Shown here: positions 29,432 to 39,019 of the stretch, piece after piece
Layout of the letters: each line of letters begins with the position of its first letter
Position numbering within the stretch: position 1 is the first letter of the stretch
Assembly: GCA_963745025.1 (NCBI GenBank)
Contig: CAVUWD010000011.1
Location: 128,001 to 192,000, forward strand
DNA length: 64,000 nt
From: an uncultured delta proteobacterium
GTDB lineage: Bacteria; Desulfobacterota; Binatia; JACPRU01
Direction of reading: 5' to 3'
Notes under the pieces: generated by a model
What the model was told of the DNA's origin: nothing
The model's input: the letters and a program-made list of their open reading frames with translations, nothing else
Database searches by the model: none
Translations under genes and position numbers: made by a program

Positions 29432-30621
29432 GCGCTCAGTCGCGAGCCATCCGACTGTCCCGTACCGTTGCCGGCGCTGCGGCCATGCAGCTCCATGTGG
29501 CCGCGCTGAATGCCTTCGGTGGCGAGCGCCCGCAGTGCCGCGAAGTTTTGCCCGAGGCCGACCGCTGCCATGACGGCCGCGAGCTCCCGTGCGCCCGACA
29601 CCGCGAGCATGCGCAGCGCGAGCTGCGCGCGCGGGTTGATGCGGATGCGGTCGCCGACGGTGCCGACGGCGAGCGGCAGCTCGAGCGCGCCGCGCAGCGC
29701 CCCCGCCTCGACCCACCAGATCGCGAGGGGTCCGTAGCGTCCGTCGCGTGCGGCATGCGCATGCGCGCCGGCCTCGATCGCCCGCCAGTCGTTGCCGGTG
29801 GCAATCGCCACGGCGTCGATGCCGTTCATCACACCCTTGTTGTGGGTTGCGGCGCGATGCGGGCTCACAGCGGCGAAGTTGGACGCGCTCTCGATCCGCT
29901 GCGCCACGGTCTCGCCCGACATGCCGTCGACCCGCAGAAGGTCGAGCGGGATCACCGCCTGCGCGCGTGCGAGCCGGCGATCGGAGAGATTCGAGAGGAT
30001 TCGCAGATTGACGCTCCCGCCGGTGATCGCCGTCACCTCCGGAGCCAGCCCCTCCATCAAGGTGTTGATGGCATTCGCACCCATCGCGTCGCCGACGTCG
30101 GCGATCACGTGTACGGCGACCGAGCCGTCGGCGGCGAGCTCGACCTCGATCTCCCGGGCTCCGCCGCCGCGCGCCACCATCCGCGGCTGTAGCCGTCGCG
30201 CGACTTCCAGGAGCCGCGGGGTCTCCGCGAGCAGCCGCAGCACGGCGGTTTCGGGATTCGGCACTTCGATCAGCTGAATCTGGCCGATCATCAGTGGCTC
30301 GTCCGCCTCGGCCGTAAAGCCGCCGCCGGCGCGCACGAGGCGTGCCGCGTTGGACGCCGCCGCCACCACCGACGGCTCCTCGGTCACCATCGGCACGAGG
30401 TAGTCGCGGCGGTTGATGTGGAAGTTCGCGGCGATACCGAGCGGCAGACCGAACACGCCGACCGCGTTCTCGATCATGCTGTCGGCCGTATCGAGCGCCA
30501 GCGCTTCGGCGCCGCCGAGCAGCCGACGCTCGCTCTCGGAGAGACCGAGCGTCTCGGTGAGGAGCGCGAGGCGAGCCTCGCGCGGCAGACGGTGAAATCC
30601 GGGAAGTCGCGAAGTCATCAT
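29428..30621 (-). CDS. mvaA: HMG-CoA reductase, class II
   Basis: MIENAVG, TEEPSVVAA, DAMGANAIN, THNKGVMNG, GNDWRAIEAGAH, GIQRGHM. Confidence 0.93.
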   Translation of the reverse strand: MMTSRLPGFHRLPREARLALLTETLGLSESERRLLGGAEALALDTADSMIENAVGVFGLPLGIAANFHINRRDYLVPMVTEEPSVVAAASNAARLVRAGGGFTAEADEPLMIGQIQLIEVPNPETAVLRLLAETPRLLEVARRLQPRMVARGGGAREIEVELAADGSVAVHVIADVGDAMGANAINTLMEGLAPEVTAITGGSVNLRILSNLSDRRLARAQAVIPLDLLRVDGMSGETVAQRIESASNFAAVSPHRAATHNKGVMNGIDAVAIATGNDWRAIEAGAHAHAARDGRYGPLAIWWVEAGALRGALELPLAVGTVGDRIRINPRAQLALRMLAVSGARELAAVMAAVGLGQNFAALRALATEGIQRGHMELHGRSAGNGTGQSDGSRLSA

Positions 30622-31673
30622 GACTCCTCTTCTTGGCCCCAACGCTCGAGCCGCGGCCCGAGCACGACCGGTTTCTTGCGGAGCTCTGCCAACGTGCGCG
30701 CGCCCGTCAGCACCATCGCCACGCGCAGACCCTCGATCGTCTGTTCCAAAAACGCGCCCGCCGTTTCGAGGCCGCCGGATCGATAGGCGCGAAACACCGG
30801 CAATGCGAAGCCGCAGATCTCGGCGCCGAGCACCAGCGCCTTGGCCGCGTCGAGCGCGTTGCGGATGCCGCCGCTGGCGATGCGCACGAGGTTCGTTCGA
30901 CGCAGCTGCACCAGCGACGCGGCCGTGGGAATTCCCCAGTCGCGGAAGAGCTCGCCGAGCGCGTGGCTGCGCGCGTCGCCGCGCAGATCCTCGACGCGAA
31001 CCCACGACGTGCCACCGGCGCCGGACACGTCTACGTAGCGCACGCCCACCTGCTCGAGCTGACGGCCGACCTTGGCCGAGATGCCGCACCCGGTCTCTTT
31101 GACGATCACCGGGATGGCGAGCTCCGCGACGATTCGCTCGAGCGCGCGGAGCCCGCCGGAGAACTTGCGGTCGCCCTCTTTCTGTACCAGCTCCTGCGCG
31201 GGATTGAGATGCAGGCAAAGCCCATCGGCGCCTACGATCTCGACGAGGCGGGCGATCTCGGCGCTCGCCGTCTCCGCCGCCTGGGTCAGGCCGAGGTTGG
31301 CCAGAAGCAAGGTGGTCGGCGCTTCGCGCCGCACGGAGTACGTCGTTGCGAGCTCGGGCCGGCGCAGCATCGCCCGCTGACTGCCCAGCCCGAAACCGAT
31401 GCCGAATTTTTCCGCGAGGCGGGCGAGATCGCGGTTCACCGCGGCCGCATCGGGTGTGCCACCGGTCATGCCGGTGATCAGGAAGGGGGCGCGAAGCCTC
31501 CGTCCGAGAAACTCGACCGACAGATCCACCTCGGCGACATCGACGCCGGAGAGCGAATCGTGGACGAATTCCACCTCCTCGAGAAGGGTCGTCTTCTCAC
31601 GATGCTCGACGTCGGCGCTCGCGCAGAGGTCGAGGTGCGAGCGTTTCCGGCGCTCGATCGACGCATCACGCAT
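30618..31673 (-). CDS. fni: Type 2 isopentenyl-diphosphate isomerase (FMN-dependent)
   Basis: RKRSH, ITGMTGG, GSQR, HLNPAQE, VKETGCG, GAGGTSW, SGGIR. Confidence 0.93.
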   Translation of the reverse strand: MRDASIERRKRSHLDLCASADVEHREKTTLLEEVEFVHDSLSGVDVAEVDLSVEFLGRRLRAPFLITGMTGGTPDAAAVNRDLARLAEKFGIGFGLGSQRAMLRRPELATTYSVRREAPTTLLLANLGLTQAAETASAEIARLVEIVGADGLCLHLNPAQELVQKEGDRKFSGGLRALERIVAELAIPVIVKETGCGISAKVGRQLEQVGVRYVDVSGAGGTSWVRVEDLRGDARSHALGELFRDWGIPTAASLVQLRRTNLVRIASGGIRNALDAAKALVLGAEICGFALPVFRAYRSGGLETAGAFLEQTIEGLRVAMVLTGARTLAELRKKPVVLGPRLERWGQEEES

Positions 31674-32637
31674 GACTGTTCTCACGGTGAACCCCGCGAG
31701 TGTCGATCGACACCGCGAGCGGCTCGGCCTCCAGTGTACGCCACTCCTTCTCGACAGCGGGCACGAGTGCGGGATCGAACGTGATGGCGACCGCCGAGTC
31801 GCCACCGACGGCACCCGAGCCCTTGGCCGCGAGCCCGCACGCGCGGGCGACTCTGACCAGCTCGGCGATGCGCTCCGCACCGGGCGATCGCCCCGCGAGC
31901 TCTTGGAGAGCCGCACCGTAGGCATCGATCTCGGAGAGAATGCCGTCCCGGTCCTGCGCGCCCACCGCCGTCCAGAAGCGCCCGAGGATCGTACGCAGAC
32001 GGGGGAGGACGCCCACCGCTTCGAAGGCCTCGAGCGCTCGCGCCGTATCGCTCGCCACCCCGCTCCACGCCGCCGCGAGCCGAATGCCGGCGGGCAGCGC
32101 CGCGGCGACGACGCGCGGGCCACCCTCCGCAGCCGCATAGTCGATCCAGCCGCCGTAGACGCTCGCAGCAACGTCGGCGCCGCTGCCACGCCCGCGCTGA
32201 TGCCGGCGATGAACGGAGAGCCCGCATCGGAACAACCGATCGCGCGTCTCGTTCGCTTCGAGATCTTCCCCGACGGCAGCCGCCGCCGCGGCCAAAATCG
32301 CGACGACGCTCGCCGCGCTTCCCCCGAGCCCGACCTTGCGGCGCGAGGCCGGGCGCGTGCCGCGCACCGTGAAGCGGAGGGGACGCTCGAGACGAAATTC
32401 GTCGCAGGCGGCCGAGACCGCGGACCCGAGCAACGCGGACCGCGGCTCTCCGGACAGCTCGGCGAGCGTCCCGTCGACGCCCAGGTCCGGCGCCGCAACG
32501 CACCAGGTCGAGGCCGCCTCCACGCGGCAGGAAATGCCCGCATCGATCGCCGCGACCAGAGCACGCCCACCATGCAAGACGGCGTACTCGCCGATCACGA
32601 AGAGCTTCCCCGGCGCTCCAACTTCGAGCGCGGTCAT
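31666..32637 (-). CDS. mvaK2: Phosphomevalonate kinase
   Basis: APGKLFVIGEYAVL, KVGLGGSAA, GSGADVAASVYGG, KGSGAVGGD. Confidence 0.88.
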   Translation of the reverse strand: MTALEVGAPGKLFVIGEYAVLHGGRALVAAIDAGISCRVEAASTWCVAAPDLGVDGTLAELSGEPRSALLGSAVSAACDEFRLERPLRFTVRGTRPASRRKVGLGGSAASVVAILAAAAAAVGEDLEANETRDRLFRCGLSVHRRHQRGRGSGADVAASVYGGWIDYAAAEGGPRVVAAALPAGIRLAAAWSGVASDTARALEAFEAVGVLPRLRTILGRFWTAVGAQDRDGILSEIDAYGAALQELAGRSPGAERIAELVRVARACGLAAKGSGAVGGDSAVAITFDPALVPAVEKEWRTLEAEPLAVSIDTRGVHRENSHA

Positions 32638-33644
32638 GACACCACCGCCTGTCGCGGCATCGAGCGCGAGCCCGCGAGCGCCCACGGCGGCGCACGATCG
32701 ACGATCCGCGCGCCGTCGCCAGGCCGTGACGACAGAACACGGATCACGCCCGGCACGGCGACCATCGCGGCCTTCACCGTCTCGGCGTCATTCGCCTCGC
32801 AGAGAACCTTCACCTGCGGCCCGGCGTCGATGGAGAAGTACGCTTCTACGCCTCGGGCACGAAGCTCCCAGACGCGGCGCATGGCACCGAGCGTCGCAGG
32901 CTCCCAATAGACGAGCGGCGGCACCGACGCCATCGCCGCCGCGTGCATGCGGAGACAATTGCGCTCGGCCACGGTGCCGAGACGCGAGAGGTCACGCGTG
33001 CGAATCGCCGCACGAACCTCGGCGAGATCGTCGGCGCCGGAGCGGAGCCAGGCCGGATAGTAAGGCGACGTCGCAACCGTCCGGCGCATCCCCTCGCTCG
33101 AGCCGACCGTCTTCGGCTTCTCGGACGTCACGGCAACGAGGATGCGAAGCGGCCAGTGTTCTTTCGCAGCGATCGGTTCGACAACGCTGCGGTCGCCCTC
33201 CGGGCGCCACTCGACGAATCCTCCGTAGATCGACCGGCATGCGGAGCCCGACCCGGAACGCGCGATCTCGGCGAGCTCGGCATCTCCCAGCGTGAGCGCG
33301 GCGGCTGCCGCGGCAGCCTTCGACAGAGCCGCGAAGGTCGAGGCGGAAGATGCCAGGCCCGCGGCAATCGGAAAATTGGAGGCCAGGAAAATCGTCGCAT
33401 AGCCGCGCACGCCGAACTTCGCGCGAAAGCTCTCGAAGAAGCGCTTGACCTTGCTCTCCGCGGCGGGCGGAAGCCCTTCGACGCGATCGCTGGAGAGCTC
33501 GGGGTAGAAGACGACCTCGGCCGCAGTGCTGATCGAATCGAGGGTTACCGATAGGCTGGCGCTCGCGGGGTGCTTGGCGCTTTCGTCAGCTTTACCCCAG
33601 TATTTCACCAGCGCGAGATTCGAGTTAGCAACCGCCCAGGCCAT
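32634..33644 (-). CDS. mvaD: Diphosphomevalonate decarboxylase
   Basis: NLALVKYWGK, NFPIAAGLASSAS, SGSGSACRS, SSEGM, IDAGPQV. Confidence 0.93.
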   Translation of the reverse strand: MAWAVANSNLALVKYWGKADESAKHPASASLSVTLDSISTAAEVVFYPELSSDRVEGLPPAAESKVKRFFESFRAKFGVRGYATIFLASNFPIAAGLASSASTFAALSKAAAAAAALTLGDAELAEIARSGSGSACRSIYGGFVEWRPEGDRSVVEPIAAKEHWPLRILVAVTSEKPKTVGSSEGMRRTVATSPYYPAWLRSGADDLAEVRAAIRTRDLSRLGTVAERNCLRMHAAAMASVPPLVYWEPATLGAMRRVWELRARGVEAYFSIDAGPQVKVLCEANDAETVKAAMVAVPGVIRVLSSRPGDGARIVDRAPPWALAGSRSMPRQAVVS

Positions 33645-33674
33645 CTAGCAAACCGTTCGGTTAGTGGCTGGACT

Positions 33675-33703
33675 CAGATACTAACCTATCGGACAGCTGT
33701 CAA
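33675..33703 (-). promoter_or_regulatory. Putative sigma-70 promoter of the mevalonate-hopanoid operon
   Basis: TTGACA-N17-TATCTG, 30 bp upstream of mvaD. Confidence 0.55.
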
Positions 33704-33719
33704 GCCCTGCAGAGCCTCC

Positions 33720-34238
33720 TTACAGCGGCTCGATCATGAACAGAGACTCGCCGTACTCGACGGTTTGGCCGTTTTCCGCCACCACCCGTGCGACCTTACC
33801 GCGGAACTCGGCCTGAATCTCGTTCATCATCTTCATGGCCTCGATGATACAGAGCGTATCGCCCTTCTCGACGACGGACCCGGCCTCCACGAACGCGGGC
33901 GCATCGGGGCTCGGCGAGCGGTAGAACGTGCCCACCATCGGAGAGATGATCGGCTTGCCGCGGTCGAGAGAGCCCTCCGGAGCCGGTACGTACGGCGTCG
34001 CAGCCGCTCCGGGCGCAGGCGGGGACTCCGTCGGCACGGAAGTCGGGCCGCCGGGCGCGCGGGGCCGATCCTTCACCAGCCGAATCTTCGACCCGTGGCT
34101 TTCGATCTCGATCTCGGCGAGGTGGTTCTCGTCCATCAGCCGTATGAGCGTGCTCACGTCGTGAACGCTAACGGGGATCGCGCCTTGCCCCGCCGCCGGC
34201 GTGATGTTCTGAGTCCCGCGCTTACCGGTCCGCCGCAT
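33720..34238 (-). CDS. accB: Biotin carboxyl carrier protein (start uncertain)
   Basis: [13 protein letters not shown] and EAMKMMNEI biotinylation motif; Pro/Ala linker. Confidence 0.93.
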   Translation of the reverse strand: MRRTGKRGTQNITPAAGQGAIPVSVHDVSTLIRLMDENHLAEIEIESHGSKIRLVKDRPRAPGGPTSVPTESPPAPGAAATPYVPAPEGSLDRGKPIISPMVGTFYRSPSPDAPAFVEAGSVVEKGDTLCIIEAMKMMNEIQAEFRGKVARVVAENGQTVEYGESLFMIEPL

Positions 34239-34346
34239 AGACCGCGGGAGTCTATCCAGTTTGGGGGCGGGCCTCAACCTGAGAGCGCAAGGCTACGAGC
34301 TACGGATCCGGGCTCTTCTCGCCGCGCCCGACCGCTTCCCGCGCGT

Positions 34347-34745
34347 TCACGCGGCAAGCAGCTGGAAGCCGTATTGTGCGAAATGGCGATCGAACGCGAA
34401 CGCCTGAGAGAGGCGCAGCCGCTCCATCACGGCAAAGCTCGTCGCGTCCGTGTAGGAGAACCGCTTGTGCTCGTAGCCGCGAAGTATCCCGCGGGCGCGA
34501 TCCTCGTCCTCGGCCGTCACTCGCTCGACCGTCCAGACGTTACCGAAGAGCCATCTGCGGGCGATGGCGGGCCCCAGGCGGGCAACGAGCAGGCCGTGAG
34601 TCTCCGCGACGACGAAATTCGTGACCAGCGGCTGAGCACGCCGTACCGTCAATCCTTCGAGGATCGTGGCCGACGCCCGGTGGTTGCGGTCGCTCCGGTC
34701 GAGGAGCGCGTAGATCGCGCTCGTGTCGACGAAGATGCGCGCCAT
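34347..34745 (-). CDS. vapC: PIN-domain (VapC-type) toxin
   Basis: IFVDTSA, VVAE, FSYTDATSFAVM, AFDRHF acidic PIN motifs. Confidence 0.9.
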   Translation of the reverse strand: MARIFVDTSAIYALLDRSDRNHRASATILEGLTVRRAQPLVTNFVVAETHGLLVARLGPAIARRWLFGNVWTVERVTAEDEDRARGILRGYEHKRFSYTDATSFAVMERLRLSQAFAFDRHFAQYGFQLLAA

Positions 34746-34999
34746 CGTCGGATCTCCCCTTCGGCAATGTGGTCATCGTGACGGTCGGACACGTCGTGCC
34801 GCCCAGAATCCCCGACACCGATGAGCTCGCGGATCGGGTCGCGAGGCCCCAGCACCTGGCCGACGTCGACCTTCCGCATCCGCACCTCGCCATCCTTCGT
34901 CCAGACTTCGACCAGCGAGTCCTGATCGATGCCGAGCGCTTCGCGGACCTCGAGCGGAATCGTCACCTGACCCTTCTCCGTAACCTTGTATACCTTCAT
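34649..34999 (-). CDS. AbrB/MazE/SpoVT-family antitoxin
   Basis: KVTEKGQVTIPLEVREALGI; C-terminal GVGDSG..DVSDRHD; directly upstream of and overlapping the PIN gene. Confidence 0.85.
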   Translation of the reverse strand: MKVYKVTEKGQVTIPLEVREALGIDQDSLVEVWTKDGEVRMRKVDVGQVLGPRDPIRELIGVGDSGRHDVSDRHDDHIAEGEIRRWRASSSTRARSTRSSTGATATTGRRPRSSKD

Positions 35000-35006
35000 G
35001 TTGGGA

Positions 35007-35035
35007 AGTATTACCAGGAGTAGGAATCACGTCAA
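35007..35035 (-). promoter_or_regulatory. Putative sigma-70 promoter giving a leaderless antitoxin transcript
   Basis: TTGACG-N17-AATACT with ATG 7 nt downstream and no Shine-Dalgarno. Confidence 0.55.
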
Positions 35036-35079
35036 GCCATCCCAGCGGTGGAGGGATAGCGGGAGGGCGCGGGGTGTTG

Positions 35080-35133
35080 CAGCGCTTCGCGCTGGTGCGG
35101 TGCGGTCACCGAGTACGGCTCGACCGCAACCGC
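35080..35133 (+). repeat. Degenerate (shortened) double-hairpin element, copy C
   Basis: CAGCGC-TTC-GCGCTG, GT, GCGGTGCGGTCACCG-AGTA-CGGCTCGACCGCAACCGC. Confidence 0.8.
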
Positions 35134-35183
35134 CGGTGTGGCGACACCCTCGGCGAGACGCACACGCGCGCGGATGGGCTACC

Positions 35184-35672
35184 CTACCGCGTCGAGCGCT
35201 TGCGTGCGGGCCGCGCGCGTGGCGGCACGGGCTGTCGGCTGCGCAGCAACGACACCGCGGCGCGGAGGCCGAGGAGGTAGCTCTCGGCGCCGAAGCCGAG
35301 AATCTGCCCCTCCACGACCCCGGCGAGGTAGGAGCGGTGACGGAACCGCTCGCGCTTGTGGACGTTCGAGAGGTGCACCTCGACCACCGGCAAGCCTGCC
35401 GCGAGCACCGCGTCGCGCAGCGCAATCGAGGTATGCGTGTAGGCGCCCGGATTGAACACGATCGCGTCGAACCGGCTCGCCGCCTGCTGGATGCGCGTCA
35501 CCAGCTCGCCTTCGACGTTCGACTGGTAGCTCTCGATCTCTACGCCGAGCTCTGCGCCGAGAGCGCGCGCGGCGCCAACGATGTCGTCGAGCGTCTGGTG
35601 CCCGTAGACCCCCGGCTCCCGCCTGCCCAGCATGTTCAGGTTGGGACCGTGAAGCAGGAGAATCTTTTCCAT
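35184..35672 (-). CDS. aroQ: Type II 3-dehydroquinate dehydratase
   Basis: [38 protein letters not shown]. Confidence 0.96.
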   Translation of the reverse strand: MEKILLLHGPNLNMLGRREPGVYGHQTLDDIVGAARALGAELGVEIESYQSNVEGELVTRIQQAASRFDAIVFNPGAYTHTSIALRDAVLAAGLPVVEVHLSNVHKRERFRHRSYLAGVVEGQILGFGAESYLLGLRAAVSLLRSRQPVPPRARPARKRSTR

Positions 35673-35685
35673 CGCGGGCTAGATA

Positions 35686-35716
35686 AGCGAAGGGCCGGTC
35701 AAGCCGGCCCTTCGCT
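35686..35716 (-). terminator. Putative terminator hairpin
   Basis: 13-bp perfect stem AGCGAAGGGCCGG-N5-CCGGCCCTTCGCT downstream of the 35743 gene; weak U tail. Confidence 0.55.
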
Positions 35717-35742
35717 GACGAGCTAGACGAGCGCTCGATTGA

Positions 35743-36555
35743 TCATATGCAGGAGACGCTCCCTCCTGTTGTCGGCTGGCACTTGTCACCGCTGATGCTG
35801 TCGCAACAACCGCTCTGGCACTGAGTACTCTGGGTACACGCGGCACCGTTCGCGAGCGTTCCCGTGCCGCTCGCCAGACACGTCCCGCCACTGCACGTTC
35901 CCGACGCGCACTCGACATCCGCGCAACAAGTCGTCGTCGTATCGCTGATCTTCTGCGTGCACTGCGACACTCCAAGGAAGCAGGTGTCGTTGAAGCTGCA
36001 GAAGAGCGCCGGGTTGCAGTCGCTATCGGAGGCGCACGGTGAGCTGACGACACCCGGACCAAGCGGAGGGCCTCCGCTCGTGAAGGAGATTCCCCGTCTC
36101 GCCTGCAGGCCGAAGCCCGCCTGCGCGGTGGCGACCAGCGTGAAGCTGCCTGGATTGGTTCCGTCTTGGAAGTGCCCGGAGATGATGCCGTTTTCGTCCG
36201 TCAGACCGCAACCGTCCTTCGGCTCCGTGAAGCGGGCGACGGCTGGGTCCTCGAATGCGAAGCAAATCTGCACGCCCCCGATCCCAACCCCGCTTCCATC
36301 AACCAGCTGGGCGCGGAAGCCTGAAATGGTCTTGCCGTCGGCGGGCACCGAATTCGGTGCGCTGAGGCTGAGGCAGCTGCCGCCCCCGGCCTGGCCCTCG
36401 GGGGAGCACGACTGGCTCACGAACTGGCCGAACGCCGCGGTGCCCGTATTGGCGCCGCCACCGGTGCTCCCGCACGAGGAGTACAGCGCCATCAGCGCGA
36501 GGCCCACTCCGACCGCGACGCCCGACGACATCACCATCATGAGCGGCTTTCTCAT
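35743..36555 (-). CDS. Exported protein with Ig-like (Big) domain and Cys-rich C-terminal repeats
   Basis: N-terminal hydrophobic signal ending YSSCG; SVPADGKT...LVDGSGVGIGGVQICF...TDENG pattern; Cys-rich tail (CASDSDC, GAACTQSTQCQSGCC). Confidence 0.7.
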   Translation of the reverse strand: MRKPLMMVMSSGVAVGVGLALMALYSSCGSTGGGANTGTAAFGQFVSQSCSPEGQAGGGSCLSLSAPNSVPADGKTISGFRAQLVDGSGVGIGGVQICFAFEDPAVARFTEPKDGCGLTDENGIISGHFQDGTNPGSFTLVATAQAGFGLQARRGISFTSGGPPLGPGVVSSPCASDSDCNPALFCSFNDTCFLGVSQCTQKISDTTTTCCADVECASGTCSGGTCLASGTGTLANGAACTQSTQCQSGCCDSISGDKCQPTTGGSVSCI

Positions 36556-36556
36556 A

Positions 36557-37207
36557 TCACCCTCCCGTCCCCGTCCCAGTTCCGCCCTCGAGCGATTCAC
36601 CCGGCGTCGGCGTCGGAATCGCGCACCCACCGCTCAGCGCGGTGAACTCGACCTGATAGGTCACCCGGTTGGTGGTGAAGTCGTCGCTGGAATCGGCAAC
36701 GCCGACCGCCGTAGCGCTCACCACCATGGCGAACGGCAGATCGGGGAGCCGGCTCGAGTTGTCGTTCAGGAACTTGAAGATGGCCGGGCTGACGATGACG
36801 ATCTGCGCGAAACCCGTCGACGGATTGCTCGGCTCTGCGCCGTTCGTCGGGCCGAGGCGCAGCGACAAGGCGGAGACGTCGCTCGGGATCGCCAGCGACG
36901 AGCCGTTGATGTGATACGACAGATTCACGTGATCGACGTTAATACCCTGCGCGACCATGCTGTTCTGCAGCCCAAGGAACCCGCCGTCCAACGTCCCATC
37001 ACCGTCGAGGTCGTTGGGGATGATCGTAGTGTCGCGCAGCGAAGCGCAGCGACCCGCGTCACCGGCCGTCCCGGTACCATCTGCGAAAAATCCCAAAGCC
37101 CGGAACGAGACTCCCTGGTCGTTCGAGCTACCGCACCCGCTCCAGGACGCGGCGACGACGATCGATGCTAGTAGAGCGATGCTCCCGAAGATCCTACCCT
37201 TGCCCAT
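36557..37207 (-). CDS. Hypothetical lipoprotein
   Basis: AAGGAGG Shine-Dalgarno; signal peptide ending WSGC. Confidence 0.7.
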   Translation of the reverse strand: MGKGRIFGSIALLASIVVAASWSGCGSSNDQGVSFRALGFFADGTGTAGDAGRCASLRDTTIIPNDLDGDGTLDGGFLGLQNSMVAQGINVDHVNLSYHINGSSLAIPSDVSALSLRLGPTNGAEPSNPSTGFAQIVIVSPAIFKFLNDNSSRLPDLPFAMVVSATAVGVADSSDDFTTNRVTYQVEFTALSGGCAIPTPTPGESLEGGTGTGTGG

Positions 37208-37240
37208 TAGTCTTCCTCCTTCTGCCTTCGGGTCGATGGC

Positions 37241-37270
37241 ACTCTATTGGGTTTTCTGCCGCGCAGTCAA
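37241..37270 (-). promoter_or_regulatory. Possible sigma-70 promoter of the lipoprotein pair
   Basis: TTGACT-N18-TAGAGT upstream of 37207. Confidence 0.4.
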
Positions 37271-37291
37271 GGATTCCGGGGGGGCGCACTC

Positions 37292-39019
37292 TCATTTCGG
37301 CTCAAACGTGAACCGGACTTCCCGGATCTCGCCGTCATTCAGCTCGACGCCGATGGTCTGCTGGGGATAGCCCTCGAGATCTCCGGTCACCTCGTAATGG
37401 CCGCTCGGCAGCTGCCCGAGCGAGAGCGGCGTCCGGCCCTTGAGATCGCCATTCACCCTCACCGTGACTCCCGGCGGCTGCGACAGGATCCTCAGCGAGT
37501 TGACTATCATCCGCAGAGTGACCTTCATCGTGTAGTCGGCCCCCGATTCGAGCTGGGTGCTCTTCTTGTAGGAGGCGTAGCCTTCCTTGCGCACCTCGAG
37601 GTCGTAGCTCCCGGGATCGAGATCCGAGATGCGAAGCGGCGTTCGGCCTTTGACCGCGCCGTCGACGACGACTTCGGCGCCCGGCGGATCGGAGATCACG
37701 TCGATCGAGGGGTTGCCGACCGCCGCCGGCGGGGGCGGGGCGACCGGTGCGGCCGTCGGCTCGACCGGCCGCAGCGCGGCGGTCGGCCTCGGTCGCGGCG
37801 GCGGCACGGCGGTCGGTGGCGGTGGTACGGTCGGCGCGAGGGTCGGCTTCACGCGAACGGCCGTCGGCTCGGGCGGCGGCGGCTCGGTCGGTTTTTCGGC
37901 CGGCTTCGGTGACGGCGGTGGCGAGGTCGGCACCACGGGAGCCTCGGTCGAGGGCGCGGCAGTCGTCATCGCCACCGGAGTTCCCTCCACGAGAGGAACC
38001 GGCATGCGCCGCGAGCTTCGAAGGTAAGCGGTCACAGCGAGCACGGCGGCCAGCAAGATCACGACCGCAATCGCGGGACCCAAGAGCGAGGACTTTCCGC
38101 TTCGCGGAGCGAGGTCGCGGAAGGCCTGGAAATCGCCGACTTCGAGCGGAGCGTTCAGGCCTGTGGGCGGCCCGGGAGCCGCTGCCGGCAATGGCTCCGC
38201 GGGGGCGAAGGCCCTTCGCAATTCCGAAGCGAAAGTGGCTACGTCGCGTGTCCGCTGCGTCGGGTCCTTCGCGAGCGCTCGCGCCATGACCTCGTCGAAG
38301 GCCTTCGGTAGATTCGGATCGACGCGGCTCGGCGGCTCGGGATCGACGTTCATGATCTGGAACAGCACGGCCGCCAAACCTTCGCCGGCGAACGGCTGCC
38401 GGCCCGTCAGCAGCTGGTAGGCGAGGATCGCGAGCGCGAACACGTCACTGCGCGCGTCGACCGGCTTGCCTTCGATCTGCTCGGGCGCCATGTAGCTCGG
38501 CGTGCCGACCGGCGTGGTCGTCGCAGCGGTCTGCGAACTCATGAGCCTGGCGACGCCGAAATCCGCGATCTTGGGATGCCGGTTGCCGGAGAGCAGGATG
38601 TTCGCCGGCTTCAGGTCACGATGAACCACTCCGCGGTCGTGAGCGTAGGCGAGACCGTCCGCGATCCCTTCCATCATCGCCAACGCCTCGTCCCTCGGCA
38701 GCCTCCCGCGGCGAGTCAATTCGTCCGCGAGCGTGGGGCCCTCGATGAACTCCATCGCGAGGTAGGGCACGTCCTGCTCGAGCCCGCCGTCGTAGACGAC
38801 CACGACGTTCGGGTGGTTGAGCTTGCTCGCGGTGCGCACCTCGCGTTCGAAGCGCCGCCGGATGTCCTCGGTGACCGCAATGTCCTGTCGGTAGGTCTTG
38901 ACGGCGACGGTTCGATCGAGAAACGCGTCGTGCGCTTTGTAGACGACGCCCATCGCGCCGTGTCCGAGAACCTCGAGAAGCTCGTAGCGACCTAGCCGGC
39001 GCGGCCTCTCGGAGCTCAT
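37292..39019 (-). CDS. Hanks-type Ser/Thr protein kinase with TM, Pro-rich linker and two PEGA domains
   Basis: LGHGAMGVVY, VAVK, HRDLKPANI, DFG, GTPSYMAPE; two S.PPG..V.V.G...GRTPL repeats. Confidence 0.93.
   Translation of the reverse strand: MSSERPRRLGRYELLEVLGHGAMGVVYKAHDAFLDRTVAVKTYRQDIAVTEDIRRRFEREVRTASKLNHPNVVVVYDGGLEQDVPYLAMEFIEGPTLADELTRRGRLPRDEALAMMEGIADGLAYAHDRGVVHRDLKPANILLSGNRHPKIADFGVARLMSSQTAATTTPVGTPSYMAPEQIEGKPVDARSDVFALAILAYQLLTGRQPFAGEGLAAVLFQIMNVDPEPPSRVDPNLPKAFDEVMARALAKDPTQRTRDVATFASELRRAFAPAEPLPAAAPGPPTGLNAPLEVGDFQAFRDLAPRSGKSSLLGPAIAVVILLAAVLAVTAYLRSSRRMPVPLVEGTPVAMTTAAPSTEAPVVPTSPPPSPKPAEKPTEPPPPEPTAVRVKPTLAPTVPPPPTAVPPPRPRPTAALRPVEPTAAPVAPPPPAAVGNPSIDVISDPPGAEVVVDGAVKGRTPLRISDLDPGSYDLEVRKEGYASYKKSTQLESGADYTMKVTLRMIVNSLRILSQPPGVTVRVNGDLKGRTPLSLGQLPSGHYEVTGDLEGYPQQTIGVELNDGEIREVRFTFEPK

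Noticed and set aside
29428-32573. Long N-terminal extensions on mvaA and fni (also mvaK1, aroB, kinase 37292-39166 and ABC ATPase 40221-41462)
   Set aside because: Extensions overlap upstream genes; internal starts coupled to upstream stops fit family lengths.
33751-33760. CCGTACTCG resembling the element apex inside accB
   Set aside because: Coding sequence (VEYG) with no flanking stem; chance match.
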